A stretch of 20,128 bases of DNA, from positions 62,001-82,128 of IMG/VR virus record IMGVR_UViG_2718218029_000001; one strand, given 5' to 3'. Below, piece after piece: positions 17,382 to 20,128 of this stretch. The translations under genes were made by a program, and so were the position numbers. The notes below the pieces were generated by a model. That model made no database searches. It was given only the letters and a program-made list of their open reading frames with translations, and was not told where the DNA came from. Each line of letters starts with the position of its first letter. Within the stretch, counting starts at the first letter, position 1. This DNA is from an uncultured virus (IMG/VR IMGVR_UViG_2718218029_000001) (Duplodnaviria > Heunggongvirae > Uroviricota > Caudoviricetes).

Positions 17382-17765
17382 ATGTTTGAACATTTAGCAA
17401 AAAATAGATTTTGGTTTTGGAAAGCGATGGAAACATATGGCTTAGGAATTTACTTTATTATTAAGCACAACACGTTTGCATTTGAGCCACCACAGCCAAC
17501 GTTGCTTGATGTGCTTGATGATCCACCTATGATTTTTATGCTGGCGGTGGTTGGAACGCTCGCCCTGGTGTATTCTTTGTGGAACTTGCGTACACATTAT
17601 TACAAGCCATTAATGACTGGATCACTTACTTTTGTCTGGTTATTTTTCATGATAGCGTTTAGCGTTCATGATTTTGAAATGCAACGTTATGTAAGTTTTG
17701 AAAGTATGTATGCCATGTTTGTTTTAGGATCAACCATTTTTGAAATTGTAATTGGGGATGATTAG
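17382..17765 (+). CDS. Hypothetical membrane protein (about 4 TM) in the lysis module
   Basis: Four hydrophobic segments; start GTG 17379 or ATG 17382. Confidence 0.72.
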   Translation: MFEHLAKNRFWFWKAMETYGLGIYFIIKHNTFAFEPPQPTLLDVLDDPPMIFMLAVVGTLALVYSLWNLRTHYYKPLMTGSLTFVWLFFMIAFSVHDFEMQRYVSFESMYAMFVLGSTIFEIVIGDD

Positions 17766-17767
17766 GG

Positions 17768-17962
17768 GTGAGCGATGCTGTTATCGTGGCCTTAATTACC
17801 ACAGCGGGTTCAATTTTCGTTGCGGTCTTAACGATGTGGAACAGTAGCAAGGCCGCTAACAGCGATACTGAAACCAAGTTAAAAAAGGAAAATGAGGCTC
17901 TAAAAAGGGAAAATAATGAGAAGCAAGAAATAATTGACTATTATAGAAAGCGTGATAAATAA
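17768..17962 (+). CDS. Small single-TM + coiled-coil protein (holin-accessory-like)
   Basis: 64 aa: AVIVALITTAGSIFVAVLTMW, then a charged heptad tail. GTG start after GGGG/GATG; TAATG coupling to the holin. Confidence 0.7.
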   Translation: MSDAVIVALITTAGSIFVAVLTMWNSSKAANSDTETKLKKENEALKRENNEKQEIIDYYRKRDK

Positions 17963-18246
17963 TGATGGAATTAATCCAATTTATTAACGGTACCACGATT
18001 GCGGCAATCGCCGTAGTAACATATTTAGTTGTTTGGGCGATTAAACAAACTCAATTCAGCAACAAATATTTACCAATTATTGCCCTTGGCGTTGGTGCAG
18101 TGATTGGTATTTTTATTGGCATTGCCAATGGTGATATCAAATGGGTAGCTGGTTTGGTTGATGGTGTGATTGCAGGTGCCGTCAGCGTCGGTGGTAATGA
18201 GCTAGCTAAATCGATTGGGACAATGTTTAATGGGGGTGCAAAATAA
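17962..18246 (+). CDS. Holin
   Basis: 94 aa with 2-3 TM segments and the AIKQT..SNKYLPIIAL..G..IG...G..AG..SVG motif. Immediately upstream of the endolysin with TAATG coupling. Confidence 0.88.
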   Translation: MMELIQFINGTTIAAIAVVTYLVVWAIKQTQFSNKYLPIIALGVGAVIGIFIGIANGDIKWVAGLVDGVIAGAVSVGGNELAKSIGTMFNGGAK

Positions 18247-19139
18247 TGAGCTTAAATGGATTTGATGTAGCCAGTTATCAGGCTGGTATGAATGTAGGCG
18301 AAGTTACAGGCGACTTTGTGTTGGTGAAAGCAACAGAGGGTATTGATTATACTAATCCAGAATTTAATGGACACGCAAAGCAGACTTTGTCAGCAGGCAA
18401 GAAGCTAGGCGTGTACCACTTTATTCGAAACGACTCGGATATTAAGCAGCAGGCTGATTACTTCTTAACGGTTGTTAAGCCATATATTGGTAAAGCAATG
18501 CTGGTTCTTGATTTTGAAAACACGACAGGTTCAACCATCCAGAACCAAGCAGGTGTCGGCTTAGCTAAGCAATGGCTGGATTACGTGTATCAACAAACTG
18601 GTGTCCGACCAGTGCTTTATACGGGGATTAGTTGTGAGAACTCATTAGATTGGTCATCCGTGGTCAAGGCTAACTATGGGTTATGGATCGCTCAGTATAA
18701 CAATTATGACGCGGTGATTGGATATCAACCACGAGACTTATATGGTAGCTTGAAGAACTGGAAGACAGCGGTAATGTTCCAATATACAAGCACTGGACGG
18801 TTACCGGGCTGGAATGGCAACCTTGACTTTGATGTGTTTTACGGTGACAAGTCCGCCTGGGATAAGTACGCTAAGACTACTAAAGCAGTGAAACCTAAGA
18901 CAGCTGGGCCAAAGTGGGTCAAGGAGAAGAAGACGTATACTCTCAAGACGGCTGTGAAACTTCGAAATGCACCATCAATGTCAGCTAGTGTGATTGCAGT
19001 GTTACCAGCTGGTTCAACGGTGAGAACCGATCAAGCGATTATTCAAGGTGGTTATCGTTGGGTGCGCCAACCACGGTCGAACTGCTATGCTTACATGGCA
19101 ACTGGCCCGATAGATAATACGTTGGAATACGTGAAGTAA
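18246..19139 (+). CDS. Endolysin: GH25 muramidase + C-terminal SH3 cell-wall binding domain
   Basis: GH25 motifs DVASYQ, VKATEG, GVYHF, LDFE, LWIAQY, FQYTS and LDFD. Lys-rich linker, then LRNAPS....IAVLPAG.TV..D.....GYRWV (SH3_5-like). Confidence 0.95.
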   Translation: MSLNGFDVASYQAGMNVGEVTGDFVLVKATEGIDYTNPEFNGHAKQTLSAGKKLGVYHFIRNDSDIKQQADYFLTVVKPYIGKAMLVLDFENTTGSTIQNQAGVGLAKQWLDYVYQQTGVRPVLYTGISCENSLDWSSVVKANYGLWIAQYNNYDAVIGYQPRDLYGSLKNWKTAVMFQYTSTGRLPGWNGNLDFDVFYGDKSAWDKYAKTTKAVKPKTAGPKWVKEKKTYTLKTAVKLRNAPSMSASVIAVLPAGSTVRTDQAIIQGGYRWVRQPRSNCYAYMATGPIDNTLEYVK

Positions 19140-19143
19140 AACG

Positions 19144-19185
19144 AATCCTCACACTGACCATAATGGTTGGTGTGGGGATTTTTTT
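19144..19185 (+). terminator. Intrinsic terminator of the late/lysis operon
   Basis: 17-bp stem AATCCTCACACTGACCA-taa-TGGTTGGTGTGGGGATT (3 G-U pairs) ending in a T7 run, 4 nt after the lysin stop. Confidence 0.9.
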
Positions 19186-19201
19186 GTGCAAAAAATAAGA
19201 T

Positions 19202-19210
19202 TGATATAAT
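19202..19210 (+). promoter_or_regulatory. Candidate extended -10 promoter (TGaTATAAT)
   Basis: Perfect TGnTATAAT with A/T-rich upstream sequence; no good -35 at 17 bp. Confidence 0.4.
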
Positions 19211-19238
19211 CAATATATGCTGATATATCAAGGGGTAG

Positions 19239-19260
19239 AACGTGCAAAAAACGTGCAAAA
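19239..19260 (+). repeat. Tandem 11-bp direct repeat AACGTGCAAAA x2 (third partial GTGCAAAAA at 19186-19194); probable integrase arm-type sites
   Basis: Exact repeats about 110-185 bp from the tRNA 3' end, inside the phage arm. Confidence 0.7.
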
Positions 19261-19295
19261 ACTTTTTATGTTCTAGTGTTTTTTAATGAAATATC

Positions 19296-19344
19296 AAAAA
19301 TAGGAATCTCGCTAAACGTTGATTTAACGGGATTCCTATTTTTT
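19296..19344. terminator. Bidirectional intrinsic terminator downstream of tRNA-Leu
   Basis: AAAAATAGGAATCTCGCTAAA / TTTAACGGGATTCCTATTTTTT inverted repeat with 2 non-Watson-Crick positions and A/T tracts on both sides. Confidence 0.82.
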
Positions 19345-19369
19345 GAAAGTGTTCTCTTTTGACTAATTA

Positions 19370-19453
19370 TGCCCCAGGCAGGATTCGAACCTGTACATTG
19401 TTTCCAATACAGCGACCTGAACGCTGCGCGTCTGCCAGTTCCGCCACTGGGGC
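19370..19453 (-). tRNA. tRNA-Leu(CAG), CCA not encoded; likely prophage attachment site
   Basis: Reverse complement GCCCCAGTGGCGGAACTGGCAGACGCGCAGCGTTCAGGTCGCTGTATTGGAAACAATGTACAGGTTCGAATCCTGCCTGGGGCA. 7-bp acceptor stem, anticodon arm CAGCG-TTCAGGT-CGCTG, long variable arm, TTCGAAT loop, discriminator A. Confidence 0.97.
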
Positions 19454-19475
19454 AGTTGCTTTAACAACAATATCC

Positions 19476-19504
19476 ATTATAGCGAAAAGTAACAAAAAAA
19501 TAAA
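19476..19504 (-). promoter_or_regulatory. Probable sigma-A promoter of tRNA-Leu
   Basis: TATAAT on the - strand at 19476-19481, weak -35 TTTATT at 17 bp, AT-rich upstream. Confidence 0.55.
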
Positions 19505-19638
19505 CCTTTTTCTATATTTATGCAGTTGATATTAATTGTAATTGCAAATTGGTTGCTTAGTTACTGGGGCTGGCCTTAATTAGCATGGAATAACTGTACG
19601 CCGAAATACTGAAATTACTACCGGCAAAAAATGCATCC

Positions 19639-19688
19639 AAAAAGTCACCCATCCCAGCAGGTTCAACGACACTGCTTGAATGGGTGAC
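19639..19688 (-). terminator. Intrinsic terminator of the lipoprotein gene
   Basis: - strand GTCACCCAT..AGCAG...CTGCT..ATGGGTGAC followed by TTTTT, 14 nt after the stop. Confidence 0.75.
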
Positions 19689-19702
19689 AACTTGTCTGTT
19701 TA

Positions 19703-20128
19703 TTAATTTGCTTGTTTGGTCGTGATACTACCATCTAAATAAACAAAGTAACTATTCAGATAATGCCCCCGGCCGCCATTAGCCGTTTTCTGATAAGCAT
19801 CGACCTGATAATAGTGGTGGCCGTGTGCATCTTGATTGGCAGTTGGTACGACACCAAAGGTTTGTTGCTTGGGATCGTTGAGCACTTGCCCGACGGCGGC
19901 CACTGCACTAGTTGCGCTAGTGATATGGTCGTCAGCAGCTTGATAATGGTCACCAGATTGCTTCTTAGCACTAGCATCAGCCGCTGCATTGGCACGACTA
20001 GTTTGCTCCGCGCGGTTAGCGGCTGCAACTGAGTTCGCTTGCTTAGTGGAAATACTTGGCTCAGCTTGGGAAGTGCAGCCTGCTAAAAGGAATAGGGCGC
20101 AGAAACTGATTAAAATTGCCCGGGTCAC
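19703..20128 (-). CDS. Host extracellular lipoprotein of unknown function
   Basis: Signal peptide with lipobox LAG|C and an Ala/Ser/Gln-rich linker. GTG start is at the very window edge, so the ORF could extend further. Higher GC than the att region. Confidence 0.82.
   Translation of the reverse strand: MTRAILISFCALFLLAGCTSQAEPSISTKQANSVAAANRAEQTSRANAAADASAKKQSGDHYQAADDHITSATSAVAAVGQVLNDPKQQTFGVVPTANQDAHGHHYYQVDAYQKTANGGRGHYLNSYFVYLDGSITTKQAN

Larger units (their letters stand above)
1..19390 (+). mobile_element. Siphovirus-type prophage (packaging, head, tail, lysis modules and right end); left part outside the window
   Basis: Canonical late-gene order ending at the 3' end of a tRNA. The exact boundary needs the other att copy. 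Confidence 0.93.

Noticed and set aside
7..17877. Numerous 62-176 aa minus-strand ORFs and short alternate-frame ORFs in the track (e.g. 8017..8547, 5997..6392, 3888..4088, 528..761, 13420..13653)
   Set aside because: They lie wholly or largely over well-supported + strand phage genes, lack SDs and recognisable motifs, and look like antisense or off-frame shadows.
17962..17970. Lambda S-like dual-start motif in the holin (ATG ATG)
   Set aside because: There is no charged residue between the two Met codons, so no basis for a holin/antiholin pair from this alone.
19239..19261. CRISPR-like or iteron repeats
   Set aside because: Only two adjacent 11-bp copies with no spacers and no cas or rep gene; better explained as att arm sites.
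19756..20032. Alternative ORFs 19756..20028 (-) and 19763..20032 (+)
   Set aside because: They overlap the lipobox-containing lipoprotein ORF, which has a clear signal peptide and its own terminator.

Overview
Right-hand half of an integrated temperate siphophage (HK97-type head, long non-contractile tail) in a lactic acid bacterium. The host is probably Lactiplantibacillus plantarum or a relative; this is inferred from protein and tRNA style, not from a search. The + strand carries an apparently intact late operon: terminase large subunit (5'-truncated by the window), portal, ClpP-type prohead protease, major capsid, four head-tail joining genes, major tail protein plus an Ig-like module, tail assembly chaperone pair, tape measure, Dit, a 1317-aa Tal/host-recognition protein with two CBM-like domains, two small tail-associated genes, three membrane proteins including a holin, and a GH25-SH3 endolysin. 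A ~230-bp att-arm region follows (terminators, tandem 11-bp repeats, a perfect extended -10), then a host tRNA-Leu(CAG) on the - strand (likely integration site) and a host lipoprotein gene. The most notable signal is recoding missed by the ORF track. A G_GGA_AAA slippery site plus a GC hairpin at the capsid stop opens a start-less 45-codon -1 frame encoding a HeH/LEM/SAP-like helical domain. The chaperone gene has a double -1 slippery site, and an Ig-like domain sits in the +1 frame of the major tail gene without a canonical shift site.
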